DNA of 64,000 nucleotides from a virus. A program made the translations under genes and the position numbers. The stretch spans positions 1 to 64,000 of the IMG/VR virus record IMGVR_UViG_3300025941_000667; one strand, written 5' to 3'. The notes beneath the pieces are model-generated. The model had not been told where the DNA came from. It saw only the letters and a program-made list of their open reading frames with translations, and did no database searches. Each line of letters begins with the position of its first letter. The stretch's first letter is position 1. Shown piece after piece: positions 1-10,077 of the stretch.

Positions 1-243
1 GTCGTGGTCGAGGCTCCAGAAGGAGTAAGCATCAATGGGGAATCTGTTTCCAACACGAAGGTTTTTGAACAAGACTCAAAGGGGCGGCCCTACCCTGCTC
101 GGTTCCTCGGTGTAATCACAGTGCCGCGTGGGCTAGTTTTCTGTCTCGCGCCGTACAACGAACGCAGCTTCGATTCTCGGTACTGGGGCCTACTTTCTCA
201 GGACAGCATTGTGGAAACGATGAAGCCGGCCTGGACATGGTAA
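1..243 (+). CDS. traF: TraF-like conjugative pilin-maturation peptidase (S26 family), 5' end outside the window
   Basis: C-terminal motifs VSING..DSKGRP..P and SFDSRYWG; lies directly upstream of the relaxase. Confidence 0.85.
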   Translation, partial: VVVEAPEGVSINGESVSNTKVFEQDSKGRPYPARFLGVITVPRGLVFCLAPYNERSFDSRYWGLLSQDSIVETMKPAWTW

Positions 244-1301
244 TGCCGAACCCTCCAGCACAGCGAGATAACTGGACCTTTGGCGTTCAGCCTGACCGTG
301 CCCCTCGTATCCATGCTAGGCGGGGCGTACATCGACTGAGGTATGGACAGAAAGAAGCGCGGCGCAATGGTGGGGGAAAGTACAGGGCTACATTGGGGTA
401 CGGGAAACAATACTTCACGAATCCGCGCAACCAACGGGTTATTACACGGGCTCCTATCTCCATGAACGGGACAGGAAAATCTTGGTATAAGCATGGCGCG
501 TATCTCCAACGTGAGGGAGCACAGCAAGACGGACGTGGATTAGGCTTTGACGCGGAAGGAAATGCGGTACGCATTCCCACCACAGTAGCCCGGTGGCAAC
601 GCGAAGGTGACCGATGCCTCTTTCGGATTATGTTGAGTCCAGAGCATGGGGACCGGATAGACCTGCAAACGTTTACGCAGGCAACGATGCGCAGCGTTGA
701 GAAGGATCTCGGGAAGCCGCTGGAGTGGGTTGCCATTGACCATCACAACACCGCGCATGACCATGTTCATGTCTGCATGCGGGGCGTGGACCGCGAGGGG
801 CACGAGCTACGCATTGCGCAAGATTATCTCTATCGGGGCATTGCTGCCCGCGCCTCGGACCTGCTGACGCGAGAGTTAGGGTGGAGGCTAGAACCGGAGC
901 TAGAGCAGGCGCGAGAGCGAGCATTGGAACGTCTGCTCTTTGGCGAGCACGACCGATCAATCCTCATGAAGCTCGATGATCGACAGCAGGTACAGGAGCG
1001 CGATCTTACCGATATTGAACGGCGGCGATTGCTTATTTTAGAAGAGCGGCGTCTTGCTTGGAAACACGATGAAGTATGGGAAGTGGCCTATCAATGGAAA
1101 GGAAAGATGACCATGGCGGAAACGAACGATCGAGAACAACGGAAGCAAGAACGGGAGTTGGAGCAAGAACACGCGCGAGAGCAGGAACGTGAACGGTCTA
1201 AAGAGGAGTTGACGAAGAACACGCCAGAGCAACAACGAACACGGCTCGTGCGAACGATTGATGAAATGGAACGCGAGCAGAGCAGGGAGCGAGGTCGCTA
1301 A
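243..1301 (+). CDS. Relaxase, MOBP/VirD2-like (RlxS type), short form
   Basis: HGAYLQREG (candidate catalytic Tyr), FRIMLSPE, WVAIDHHNTAHDHVHVCMRG (HUH motif), charged tail ending EREQSRERGR; TAATG coupling to traF. Confidence 0.88.
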   Translation: MPNPPAQRDNWTFGVQPDRAPRIHARRGVHRLRYGQKEARRNGGGKYRATLGYGKQYFTNPRNQRVITRAPISMNGTGKSWYKHGAYLQREGAQQDGRGLGFDAEGNAVRIPTTVARWQREGDRCLFRIMLSPEHGDRIDLQTFTQATMRSVEKDLGKPLEWVAIDHHNTAHDHVHVCMRGVDREGHELRIAQDYLYRGIAARASDLLTRELGWRLEPELEQARERALERLLFGEHDRSILMKLDDRQQVQERDLTDIERRRLLILEERRLAWKHDEVWEVAYQWKGKMTMAETNDREQRKQERELEQEHAREQERERSKEELTKNTPEQQRTRLVRTIDEMEREQSRERGR

Positions 1302-3199
1302 TGCCCCGTCTTCCTTACCGACTTCCCCAACCAGGATTGAGCCGTGTCACCGGCTTGTACCCGCAGGTTATCGTGGGCGGGATCTTTTCCCTAGTGATCG
1401 CGTGCTGGATTGGGACACAAGTGGCCGCAGGGAAAACGGGGTACGCGCCAGTGCTAGGCCCCTCATGGTTCGGCCACATTTATCCGCCCTGGAGTCTCGT
1501 GTTGTGGTCTATTCGACCGTACCAAGACCCCATTGTCGCGGCGGCGTTATGGTCAGGGCTGAAAGCGTTCTTCGTCTGGCTCACGGTGGGTGCGCTTGTC
1601 GTGTTTGGCGCTGCATTTACCAAAGCGAAGCAGTACGAAGAGCAATCGGACATTAAAGGAAGTGGACACCTGGGAACGTTAGCACAGGCTCACGAGCACG
1701 GATTGATAGGACTCTTAGTACACAAAGGTATCCTGCTTGGAAACTTCGAGCACAAGGGCCAACTCTTCCCCCTCTGGGATACAGGCACCGCGCCGTTGCT
1801 CCTTGTGGGGCCGAACCGTTCGGGTAAAGGACTCTGTTTTGTGATTCCTAATCTCCTCATGAGTGTGGGCATGAGTAGTGTCGTATTTGATCCCAAGGGC
1901 GAGAACTGGGACAAGACAGCAGGCTATCTCAAATCACAAGGACATCTAGTGATGAAGGTAGACCCGACAAACGACGAGGCTACTCCCTGGAATGCGCTCT
2001 TGGAGATGCCGGAGTACCCGCATGATGTCGCGTTTGCGCAGAACTTAGCACTCGCGTTTCGGCCACCATTGAGTGAGCACCAAACAAAAGGCGACCCGCA
2101 CTGGGAACTCACAGCAGATGAATTCATTGTTGCAGTGATGCTCCATGTCTTCTACGCAGAACCAGAGAAGGGCATGGGGCGATGTTGGGAAGTGATGGTG
2201 AACCCAAATCGTGACATTGCGCAGCTCCTTGAGTATCTCAGTACCGCAGAGCACGATCCCACAAGTAAGCATGGATGGAAAGACACAACGGGTAAGCCGA
2301 CGAAAACACACCCCAACGTACAGCTGGCGGTTGGGGCTATGCAGAACAGCAGCTTAGGGCACCAAGCGTCAGTCGTCACGACAGCCCAAGCCTACTTTGG
2401 ATTGTTCCGTGATCCCATCATTAAACAGAACACGCGAGAAAGCGGGTTCCATGTTGGCGATCTTCTTGATGAGACTCTTCCTCCCATCACCATTTATTTG
2501 ACCACGCCAATCTTTGATCAAGAGCGGGTGCGACCTTTCCTGCGGCTATTCTTCTTTCAACTGTGGCGGGTTGTTAGTCAGAGGCAGGTAGACCGTAGTG
2601 TGGGATGGAGTCTGTCACGCAAAGGACCACGGCAACTCTTTCTGCCGATGGACGAGTATCCGGTGCTTGGTAGGATGGAGACCTTTGAGGCGATTCTTCC
2701 GAACCTCGCCTCACTCGGAGTAAAAGTCGCCTTGATTGTGCAGACGCCGGCGCAGATGCGAGCGATTCACGGACAGAACGGCAGTGAGGCTATCCTCGAC
2801 AACTGCACCATTAAGATCTTCTTCCGGCCAGAAGGAACCAAGACAGCAGCGGACATCTCGCGCCTGTGTGGGACCATGACGGTCTCCACTGAGACACTGA
2901 CCTACACCGGCCATCGGTGGAGTGTGTTCTTGCCGCATGTAATAGCGGGTATCAACCGAGAAAAGCGCGGCGTGCTCGAAGAGGATGAAGTATTGCGGCT
3001 TGAAGATTTGATGGCGCTTGTTATCCATAAGGGCGTGCCCTATTTAGCGCTCAAGATTCCATACACCGAAGACATCGTACTGAGTCAACGAGCAGCGATA
3101 CCAGCACCAACAGTAAGTGATTCTTTATTTAAGAGGAGCAAGACATGGGGAGCAACGGGAACGGGCGGCGGCAAGCTAGTCTGGAACCTCACGCCATAG
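1301..3199 (+). CDS. traG: Type IV coupling protein TraG/VirD4
   Basis: N-terminal TM segments, Walker A GPNRSGKG, VIPNLL, FDPKGEN, Walker B-like MDEYPVLG, ILDNC. Confidence 0.93.
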   Translation: MPRLPYRLPQPGLSRVTGLYPQVIVGGIFSLVIACWIGTQVAAGKTGYAPVLGPSWFGHIYPPWSLVLWSIRPYQDPIVAAALWSGLKAFFVWLTVGALVVFGAAFTKAKQYEEQSDIKGSGHLGTLAQAHEHGLIGLLVHKGILLGNFEHKGQLFPLWDTGTAPLLLVGPNRSGKGLCFVIPNLLMSVGMSSVVFDPKGENWDKTAGYLKSQGHLVMKVDPTNDEATPWNALLEMPEYPHDVAFAQNLALAFRPPLSEHQTKGDPHWELTADEFIVAVMLHVFYAEPEKGMGRCWEVMVNPNRDIAQLLEYLSTAEHDPTSKHGWKDTTGKPTKTHPNVQLAVGAMQNSSLGHQASVVTTAQAYFGLFRDPIIKQNTRESGFHVGDLLDETLPPITIYLTTPIFDQERVRPFLRLFFFQLWRVVSQRQVDRSVGWSLSRKGPRQLFLPMDEYPVLGRMETFEAILPNLASLGVKVALIVQTPAQMRAIHGQNGSEAILDNCTIKIFFRPEGTKTAADISRLCGTMTVSTETLTYTGHRWSVFLPHVIAGINREKRGVLEEDEVLRLEDLMALVIHKGVPYLALKIPYTEDIVLSQRAAIPAPTVSDSLFKRSKTWGATGTGGGKLVWNLTP

Positions 3200-3570
3200 G
3201 GTGGGGTGGACATAAGCGAGTTCAACACTGTGTGAGCTTTGATCCGGAACTTGAGAGATGGATTAGTCGAGAACAAGTCGCAGGCGGACTTTCCTTTAGT
3301 GAAGTTGTCAATCGAGAACTCAAGAAGCAACACGACCTCAGACAGCAGCTCTCCGGACTCACAAGCGTAGACAGCGAACAGCAGACGCCTGTGTATCAGG
3401 TGTTATTGGAGCAGTTCGGGCAGAAAGTGGGGCGCACGGTTGACGGGGCCATGAGAGATATCACGGTTGTGCAGGCAATGGTCGCCGCGTTCGCGGAGAT
3501 CGCGATGAGCCCGGAGCAATTTAGCCGATGGGAACGGACTGTCACGGAAGGGAGGAAGAAGCCATGCTGA
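3145..3570 (+). CDS. Putative ribbon-helix-helix (CopG-like) protein; start uncertain
   Basis: RVQHCVSFDPELERWI...SFSEVVNREL fits a strand-helix-helix pattern; sits between traG and trbB as in Tn4371-type clusters. Confidence 0.6.
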   Translation: MGSNGNGRRQASLEPHAIGWGGHKRVQHCVSFDPELERWISREQVAGGLSFSEVVNRELKKQHDLRQQLSGLTSVDSEQQTPVYQVLLEQFGQKVGRTVDGAMRDITVVQAMVAAFAEIAMSPEQFSRWERTVTEGRKKPC

Positions 3571-4532
3571 TGATGAACGAGCAGAAAGAGGATCTCAAGC
3601 GCACGCTCCGTGAGGATATCGGCACTGCCTTCAGTGCGCTATTGACTCACCCTGACGTAATCGACATTCACGCGAACCCCGATGGGCGCGTCTGGATTGA
3701 TACGCTGAAAGGGCGAAAGCCTACAGACGTGGCGCTCACTCCCGAACGGATAGAGCTAATCATCCGGCATGTGGCGTCGTATCACGGGCGGGTGTGTAAC
3801 GAAGACTTCCCATCACTCCGGGCAGTCTTCCCATTAGGGGGAGAGCGGTTTCAGGGTGGACGACCACCGATTGCTTCCCCACATTTCACGATTCGGAAAC
3901 ATCTACAGAAGGTAATTCCCGTATCCGAACTCGTACAGCAGGAGACACTTACGCAGGCGCAAGCGAATGTAATCTTCTCGGTACTCAAAGCCCGTCAGAA
4001 TGTTATCTTTGCGGGCATGACGCTCTCTGGCAAGACAGTTATGGTCGATTCAATTTTGCCTGAATACCTAACGCTCTTTGGCCCCTCAGTCCGGGTCGTC
4101 ACGATTGAAGACACACGGGAGCTGATTGGCGCGGTAGACAATATAGTGATGAAAGAAGCGTCGGCGCAATGGGGCGTGCAGGAGCTAGCGCGAGATACAT
4201 GGCGTGAGAGTCCTGACGTTGTGATCTTAGGTGAAGTACGGGGTGCGGAAGTCATTGAGTTGGTCAAGATTTTGTCGTCGGGACACGGCGGCAGTATGTG
4301 TACGGTACACGGCGGTAGCGTTCGCGAAGCCCTAGGCCGTATGGAAATGCTAGCGATGGAAGGGGGGCTGATGAATTATGCCCAGCGTATTGCCTCAGTG
4401 GTGCACCTCGTAGTGGTGATGGAGCGCGCAGCATCGGACAAGTGGAGAGTCAAAGAGATGGCGCGCGTGATGGGATGGAAGGATGGGGAGTATCTGATTG
4501 CGCCAACGGAAGGAGGAATGCCTATAAGCTAA
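3564..4532 (+). CDS. trbB: P-type conjugative transfer ATPase TrbB/VirB11
   Basis: NPDGRVWID, GERFQG, Walker A GMTLSGKT, TIEDTREL, PDVVILGEVRGAE, His box GHGGSMCTVHG. Confidence 0.93.
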   Translation: MLMMNEQKEDLKRTLREDIGTAFSALLTHPDVIDIHANPDGRVWIDTLKGRKPTDVALTPERIELIIRHVASYHGRVCNEDFPSLRAVFPLGGERFQGGRPPIASPHFTIRKHLQKVIPVSELVQQETLTQAQANVIFSVLKARQNVIFAGMTLSGKTVMVDSILPEYLTLFGPSVRVVTIEDTRELIGAVDNIVMKEASAQWGVQELARDTWRESPDVVILGEVRGAEVIELVKILSSGHGGSMCTVHGGSVREALGRMEMLAMEGGLMNYAQRIASVVHLVVVMERAASDKWRVKEMARVMGWKDGEYLIAPTEGGMPIS

Positions 4533-4592
4533 GTCGTTGAATATGCGGCAAGAAGCGTTCACGGAATAACCTTTGAGTGAAGGAATAACAAT

Positions 4593-4925
4593 ATGAAAAG
4601 CTGGCTACAATCAATTAAGTGGGAACATATTTCAATGATGCTAATGACCATGGGGATTGTTGGGTTAGCAACGGCAGCGCACGCGGCAGGCGGCGGCGGT
4701 GCAATCGGCGCGTGGGGACCGATGGGGACCATTGCGGAGAGTGCAAGCGGCACGCCTGCCTTCGCCTGTGGAAGCATGATGATGGTCGGCAGTGGTATCC
4801 GCATCTGCATGGGAGAAATTGGCACCGGCATGTACAGTGCGGCATGTGGTGTTGGCGGCACGTGGCTTGCCGCCAACGCAGGCCCCGCACTCACGCAGTT
4901 CGGTATCGCAGGCGCCCTCTCCTAA
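4593..4925 (+). CDS. trbC: Pilin TrbC/VirB2
   Basis: Signal peptide ending AAHA, two hydrophobic helices, C-terminal GALS; follows trbB. Confidence 0.75.
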   Translation: MKSWLQSIKWEHISMMLMTMGIVGLATAAHAAGGGGAIGAWGPMGTIAESASGTPAFACGSMMMVGSGIRICMGEIGTGMYSAACGVGGTWLAANAGPALTQFGIAGALS

Positions 4926-4937
4926 GGGAGTATCATC

Positions 4938-5228
4938 ATGGGAACACCCCGACAATATCCGATACACAAGTCACTCACCGACCCTATTCTACTTTGGGGT
5001 GGTGAATGGTTCCTCGTTGGTCCGTGGTGGACGATCATCGGTGGGGCATTATGGGTCACTGCAATAACCAAACCGAAACTTGCTGTGGTCGCGCTTATTG
5101 TCGGGCTCTTGGGTCAGAAGGGACTACAGAAGCTCGCGAAGAATGACCCCTTCTGGTCCAAGGTCTTTTGGAGAACAAGACGCTATCAATCCTACTATCC
5201 AGCACACACGAGACGAGGGGGCCGCTGA
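4938..5228 (+). CDS. trbD: TrbD/VirB3
   Basis: PIHKSLTDPILLWGGE, two TM segments, LAKNDP, RYQSYYPA. Confidence 0.88.
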   Translation: MGTPRQYPIHKSLTDPILLWGGEWFLVGPWWTIIGGALWVTAITKPKLAVVALIVGLLGQKGLQKLAKNDPFWSKVFWRTRRYQSYYPAHTRRGGR

Positions 5229-5416
5229 TGGAAAAAGAAAAGGAAGAAGTCTCTCTTGAGGAACTCGCTGCAAGGGTATTTCAACTTGAAGAAAAACAAA
5301 AACTCACAGGTGAATTTATCCAGCTTTTAACCCAACAGGTTATACGCGACAAAGGGATTACGGAACTTCCACCAAAACTCATACGGTGCATATTGCAAGC
5401 AGCAGGAACACTATGA
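5228..5416 (+). CDS. Small helical hypothetical protein (62 aa) between trbD and trbE
   Basis: TGATG overlap with trbD and ATGA overlap with trbE; MEKEKEEVSLEELAARVFQLEEKQK. Confidence 0.6.
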   Translation: MEKEKEEVSLEELAARVFQLEEKQKLTGEFIQLLTQQVIRDKGITELPPKLIRCILQAAGTL

Positions 5417-7908
5417 AAAAGCGGGACAAGGGATTCGAGGAACATCTAAACTACTGGCTACCGCTTTGTGACAATCCAACCGTTTTGGGATTCAAGGGTG
5501 GGGAGTTTTTCCGCGCCTGGGACATGTTTGGACCAGACTTACGATACGCCTCAGAAGAGGAGCGGGCGCGACTTTCTGCGATTCAAGGACAGGCATTCCG
5601 CCTCGTCTCTGACAACGGCTGGGTGCTCCAGTCGCATCGACTCTGTGATGAGCAAACCGGCTATTTACCGCGAACGGAGTTTCCTGACCCAACCTCCGCA
5701 TTGATCGACGAGGAGTCGCGGAGGCGATACACACAACAGGGGGCACACTACGAACATGCCTATGCACTCTGTCTCACCTGGAAACCACAGCATGAGTGGG
5801 CAGAGCGATACAGCCCGCTTTTTTACGAAGGCATGGACCGGGGGAAGGAAGGGAAGCAGGGAATGCTCAAAGAGTTCATTCGCGTCTCAGAAGAGATGAC
5901 GGCAATTTTAGGAACGGTCGTACAGCTCGACCCCATGGACCGAGATGGACTTTACACCTACCTGCGCACTTGTGTAACCGGACAAGGGTATCGAGTACGG
6001 GCGCCACAGGGCCAAGTCCCATGGAGTCACGCCATGATGGATCAAGAAGTATGGACCGGAGAGCAACCCAAGGTGGGGCCGTTGCATGTACGAACGGTGA
6101 CTATCGAAGGATTCCCAGCACAGAGCGAGCCGCAGATGTTGGAGTTTTACGCGGAGCTGGATTTTCCGTACCACGCCCATCACCGATTTATTTTTATGGA
6201 TAAAGTAACAGCAGACATGACACTCGACGCGAAGCGGAAGAAGCACGCGAATAAACGAGTGGGCGCAAAAGGATTCTTTGCGCGAGTAGCAACAGGAGAC
6301 TCGGGCCATAAACAGAACATTGCCGCGACCGTGCAGGCGGACGACGCACAGATGGCGCAAGCTGAGAATGAACTCGGAGAAGCAGCGTATGGTATCTACA
6401 CGGGAGGAATCACGCTGTTTCACGAAGACCAAGAAGAGGTCGAACGCAGGGCGGGCATGGTACAGCAGCTCTTGCACTTTCGACAGTTCCAGACACGGCT
6501 AGAGCGTATGAATGCTGTCGAAGCATGGCTCGGCGGATGTCCGGGACAAGTGGCCGAGAATATCCGACAGTTCCCCATCCATGCATTAAACCTGGCAGAC
6601 TTTCTGCCGGTGACATCCATTTGGACCGGGCAAAAGACGGTGACGAGCCCCTTCTTCCCTGAAGGTGCACCTGTCCTCATGATGGGTACAACTTACGGAA
6701 AAGCCCCATTCTATCTTTCTCCCTACTATAGCGACCTGGGGAATACGCTCATGGTCGGACCACCAGGTAGCGGCAAGACGACGAACCTCAACATGATGGC
6801 AGCTTCCTGGTTGCGGTATCCTCATTCTCGGGTGCGGGCCTTTGACGCCAAGTACGGGATGTACGCACTCTGCCGTGCGGTTGGCGGCACGCACCATGAC
6901 ATTGGCGGCGTGGATCGCGTAGGCGTCATGCCGTATGCGCGGGTGGAGAATGAGCGCGAACGTATCTGGGCGCATCGGTTCACGCTCGAATGTTTGCGGC
7001 TGCAACACTGCCCCGTGTCCGAGAAACAGAGCAATGAGATTTGGGATACGCTAACATTGATGGGGTCAAAGGCGGAAGGTCGAAGCATGACAGACTTCGT
7101 GCATACGCTACAGGACCAGCAACTCCGGCAGGGGATGCGCTACTATACGAAGCAGGGGGCTGGCGGTGATCTGTTTGACCAACAAACGGCTCCGCCGCTC
7201 AACAGTCGGTTCATCGTCTTTGAGCTGATGCATCTCTTTAGCCGTGGACAGGCAGACCTGCTGCCGGCAGTGCTGTACTTCTTTCACGAGGTCGAGCGAG
7301 AACTCAATGGTACACCAACGCTGATTCCCATGGATGAAGGATGGAAGCCGCTATTAGACTCAACACTTGGTGAGAAGGTGGAAGAGTGGGAGCGCACGTT
7401 CCGGGATAAGAATGCGGTGCTCGTGTTTGCCACACAATTCCTAGCAGACGTTGCACGCTCGCCTATTTACGCACACATGGTCGGCGCGTGTCCCACAAAG
7501 ATATTTGCGCCAGATCCAGTCGCAGAGACAGACATCAAAAAATACTACGAGGGCGTAGGACTGAACGACAAACAAATTGCTGCGGTCAGACATGGACTCC
7601 CCAAGAGTGACTATCTCATTACCTCGCCGCTAGGCACTGCCGAGTACACGATGAACTTGGGGCGGGCAGTACTTGCCTTCGTTGGCATGAGCGGTGTGGA
7701 GAACGTGCCGAAGATTCGCGCCATCGCAGACAAGTACGGACCAGTGTGGCCCTATCATCATTTGCTTGCGCAAGGCTGCTCGGAAGAAGCGGCGTGGTGG
7801 ATGGCGGACTACGAACGACGACAAGGAAAGGAAAAACCCTATGAAACGTGCTTTACGGTTCCTGCTACTGCTTACGGCAATGGCGTGCACCCTGTCCTTA
7901 CCCAATAA
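5413..7908 (+). CDS. trbE: Conjugative transfer ATPase TrbE/VirB4
   Basis: GPDL, NAVEAWLGGCPG, NLAD, Walker A GPPGSGKT, Walker B MDEGW, FATQ, CPTKIF. Confidence 0.93.
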   Translation: MKKRDKGFEEHLNYWLPLCDNPTVLGFKGGEFFRAWDMFGPDLRYASEEERARLSAIQGQAFRLVSDNGWVLQSHRLCDEQTGYLPRTEFPDPTSALIDEESRRRYTQQGAHYEHAYALCLTWKPQHEWAERYSPLFYEGMDRGKEGKQGMLKEFIRVSEEMTAILGTVVQLDPMDRDGLYTYLRTCVTGQGYRVRAPQGQVPWSHAMMDQEVWTGEQPKVGPLHVRTVTIEGFPAQSEPQMLEFYAELDFPYHAHHRFIFMDKVTADMTLDAKRKKHANKRVGAKGFFARVATGDSGHKQNIAATVQADDAQMAQAENELGEAAYGIYTGGITLFHEDQEEVERRAGMVQQLLHFRQFQTRLERMNAVEAWLGGCPGQVAENIRQFPIHALNLADFLPVTSIWTGQKTVTSPFFPEGAPVLMMGTTYGKAPFYLSPYYSDLGNTLMVGPPGSGKTTNLNMMAASWLRYPHSRVRAFDAKYGMYALCRAVGGTHHDIGGVDRVGVMPYARVENERERIWAHRFTLECLRLQHCPVSEKQSNEIWDTLTLMGSKAEGRSMTDFVHTLQDQQLRQGMRYYTKQGAGGDLFDQQTAPPLNSRFIVFELMHLFSRGQADLLPAVLYFFHEVERELNGTPTLIPMDEGWKPLLDSTLGEKVEEWERTFRDKNAVLVFATQFLADVARSPIYAHMVGACPTKIFAPDPVAETDIKKYYEGVGLNDKQIAAVRHGLPKSDYLITSPLGTAEYTMNLGRAVLAFVGMSGVENVPKIRAIADKYGPVWPYHHLLAQGCSEEAAWWMADYERRQGKEKPYETCFTVPATAYGNGVHPVLTQ

Positions 7909-8656
7909 GGCGCAAGCCCAGTGGGAGGTCTTTGACCACGCCAACTTTCTCAAGAATACGATCACGTCGCTGCAGATGATCCAGCAAGTCAAACAGATGA
8001 TTCTACAGGTCAAGAATAGCAACCATGAAGTAGAGATGATGTTACTGAACCTACTTCAAGGGGGACCACAACGACTCTATCAACTGGATGAATACTATGC
8101 ACTTCTGCAAGCCGAAGAAGGAAAGTTTGCAGCGCGGCCAGGGTCAGCACGCACGCTTGATTACTACCATGGAGACTTGCAACCGATGGCAACCGATATG
8201 TATCCAGGCTTCCGCAATAGCGACCACTATTGGGCGCGGGCGTCCATTAACTCAGATACGGCGCTCAACACCATTTCCGCTACGCTTGGTCGACTGCATG
8301 TCAACGCTGGGCCTGAAGCCGAGTTTCGCCATCATGGGACACGGGACGGGATTGCGAATCAATCAGCGGCAGCAGAAGGAAACCTACAAGCACTGCAAGC
8401 CAACACCGCAGCAACCCTCTTCGCCGCGGATGCTGTGCATCGAGTAGAGAAAGGGACCGCAGAGATTGCCAATCTCCAAGCAGTCAATAATGCGTACTTT
8501 CTACAGAAAGAAGCCTGGGGGGAAGCGACACTGAGCTACAATCTCCATCTTGCTGGTGGGGATCGGGACGACTACGTGCCGCTCTATAATCGAGGTGCGG
8601 GCGGTGTCACCTATATTGGTAACTACCAAGGCGTGCCTGTAGATGGGGGCTACTAA
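7841..8656 (+). CDS. trbJ: TrbJ/VirB5-like minor pilin
   Basis: Signal peptide ending AQAQ, WEVFDHANFLKN, AEGNLQALQA; lies between trbE and trbL. Confidence 0.8.
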   Translation: MKRALRFLLLLTAMACTLSLPNKAQAQWEVFDHANFLKNTITSLQMIQQVKQMILQVKNSNHEVEMMLLNLLQGGPQRLYQLDEYYALLQAEEGKFAARPGSARTLDYYHGDLQPMATDMYPGFRNSDHYWARASINSDTALNTISATLGRLHVNAGPEAEFRHHGTRDGIANQSAAAEGNLQALQANTAATLFAADAVHRVEKGTAEIANLQAVNNAYFLQKEAWGEATLSYNLHLAGGDRDDYVPLYNRGAGGVTYIGNYQGVPVDGGY

Positions 8657-9726
8657 TGGACGTCTTAATGCCGACGGTAGACGCTCTCTCTCCGATTCAC
8701 CTACACTTCATGGCCGCAGCCCAGCAATGGTTCCCCACACTGTGGGCTGCAGCAAATTGGGTCTTTAATACACTCCTCATTGCCGAGGTCGTAACGTTTA
8801 TTATTGCCCGTAGTGCGTCAACGGCGTTGTTCTGGAATCTGCTCATTGACCGGGTATTCCGCATTCTCATGTTTAAGTTGATCCTGATAAACGCAGGCTG
8901 GCTTATCCCTGCTGCGATTAACGGGTTCATTGAAATGGGCAGCAGAGCGGGCGGCGTAGAAGCACTACAGCCACAAGCTGTCTTCGTTCAAGGGTTAGCT
9001 CTGATGGTGAAGATGTGTTACAAAATGGGGTCCTGGGACATGCTAGCGCACCCAGTTTCCGTTCTCACCGGCGTATTCTGCGCAATCGGGGTAGCCCTGG
9101 CCTTCTTCGCGATGGCCTTCACGCTCACACTGGCAATGGTTGAGATGTACATTGTCACCGGCGCAGGCGTGTTCCTATTGGGTTTTGGCGGCTGGAACGG
9201 GACAGCAGGCATCACGCATCGGTATCTGAGCTATGTGGTGGGCGTAGGCGTCAAGCTCTTCATGACGTATCTCTTAATTGGGGCAGGGGACGTGCTTGTG
9301 CAGCTCTGGGCAAGGATGGTCAATGATGTCGATATTCTCAATTTCGGCACTCCGTTCGCTATTCTCTTCGGGACCATGGCTTATGGATTATCCGTCTGGA
9401 GAATCCCCTCGCTGACATCAAGTCTACTGACCGGAGCTGTGGGCAGTGGCCTCATGGAGTCGATTCAGACCACCGTAGAAGTCTCACGGCTTGCAGTCTC
9501 TGCCGTCAGCGGCCCCGCAGCTGTGGCGAGCGCGGCGCACGCACTGGGCGGTATCGGCTATCAAACTGCACGGTTAAGCGGAGGAGGAATCAGCGGGGGA
9601 TGGCAAGGGCTGAAAGCCATGGGGAAAGCAGGGGGGCAACAGATGATGTCTTTCGGGGCGCCGCGAGTCAGTCAAGGTATGAGTAACTTGAGTAAACAAC
9701 ACCAAGAATTGAAAGCGAGACCCTAA
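8656..9726 (+). CDS. trbL: TrbL/VirB6 inner-membrane channel protein
   Basis: Polytopic membrane protein with EMYIV..AGVFLLGFGG..T...RYLSYVVGVGVKLF and a Gly/Ala-rich tail. Confidence 0.88.
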   Translation: MDVLMPTVDALSPIHLHFMAAAQQWFPTLWAAANWVFNTLLIAEVVTFIIARSASTALFWNLLIDRVFRILMFKLILINAGWLIPAAINGFIEMGSRAGGVEALQPQAVFVQGLALMVKMCYKMGSWDMLAHPVSVLTGVFCAIGVALAFFAMAFTLTLAMVEMYIVTGAGVFLLGFGGWNGTAGITHRYLSYVVGVGVKLFMTYLLIGAGDVLVQLWARMVNDVDILNFGTPFAILFGTMAYGLSVWRIPSLTSSLLTGAVGSGLMESIQTTVEVSRLAVSAVSGPAAVASAAHALGGIGYQTARLSGGGISGGWQGLKAMGKAGGQQMMSFGAPRVSQGMSNLSKQHQELKARP

Positions 9727-9950
9727 TGCTCACAAAAACAGGATCTTCATTATTGCAACAGCACGGGAGGAAAGCGCCAACCTCCTCGGGCCGATCAACA
9801 CAAAAACCAAAAAAGCTCGAACAGAAATCCGGTATCCCCTACGGCTGGAAGCCGTATAGTATCGTCACCGCACGGGACGAGATGCTCTTTGAAGCAGACC
9901 CCATACGATTCATTAACGATCCCCGATTTGCGGGAAGAAAAAGGGGATAA
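9726..9950 (+). CDS. Small basic hypothetical protein, last gene of the trb operon
   Basis: TAATG coupling to trbL; 74 aa. Confidence 0.45.
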   Translation: MLTKTGSSLLQQHGRKAPTSSGRSTQKPKKLEQKSGIPYGWKPYSIVTARDEMLFEADPIRFINDPRFAGRKRG

Positions 9951-10031
9951 GGAAACCGTTGCCCTTCTGCTCGCCTCGCGCCACACGTGGCACTGAGCGA
10001 GCGGGCGAGATGCAACGATAATTCCGGTTTT

Positions 10032-10077
10032 GTTCCCCTGCCTGGTTTTTGTGAAGGCAGGGGAACTGTTCTTTTTT
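10032..10077 (+). terminator. Intrinsic terminator ending the tra/trb operon
   Basis: Perfect 12-bp stem GTTCCCCTGCCT/AGGCAGGGGAAC with an 11-nt loop, followed by TGTTCTTTTTT. Confidence 0.75.
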
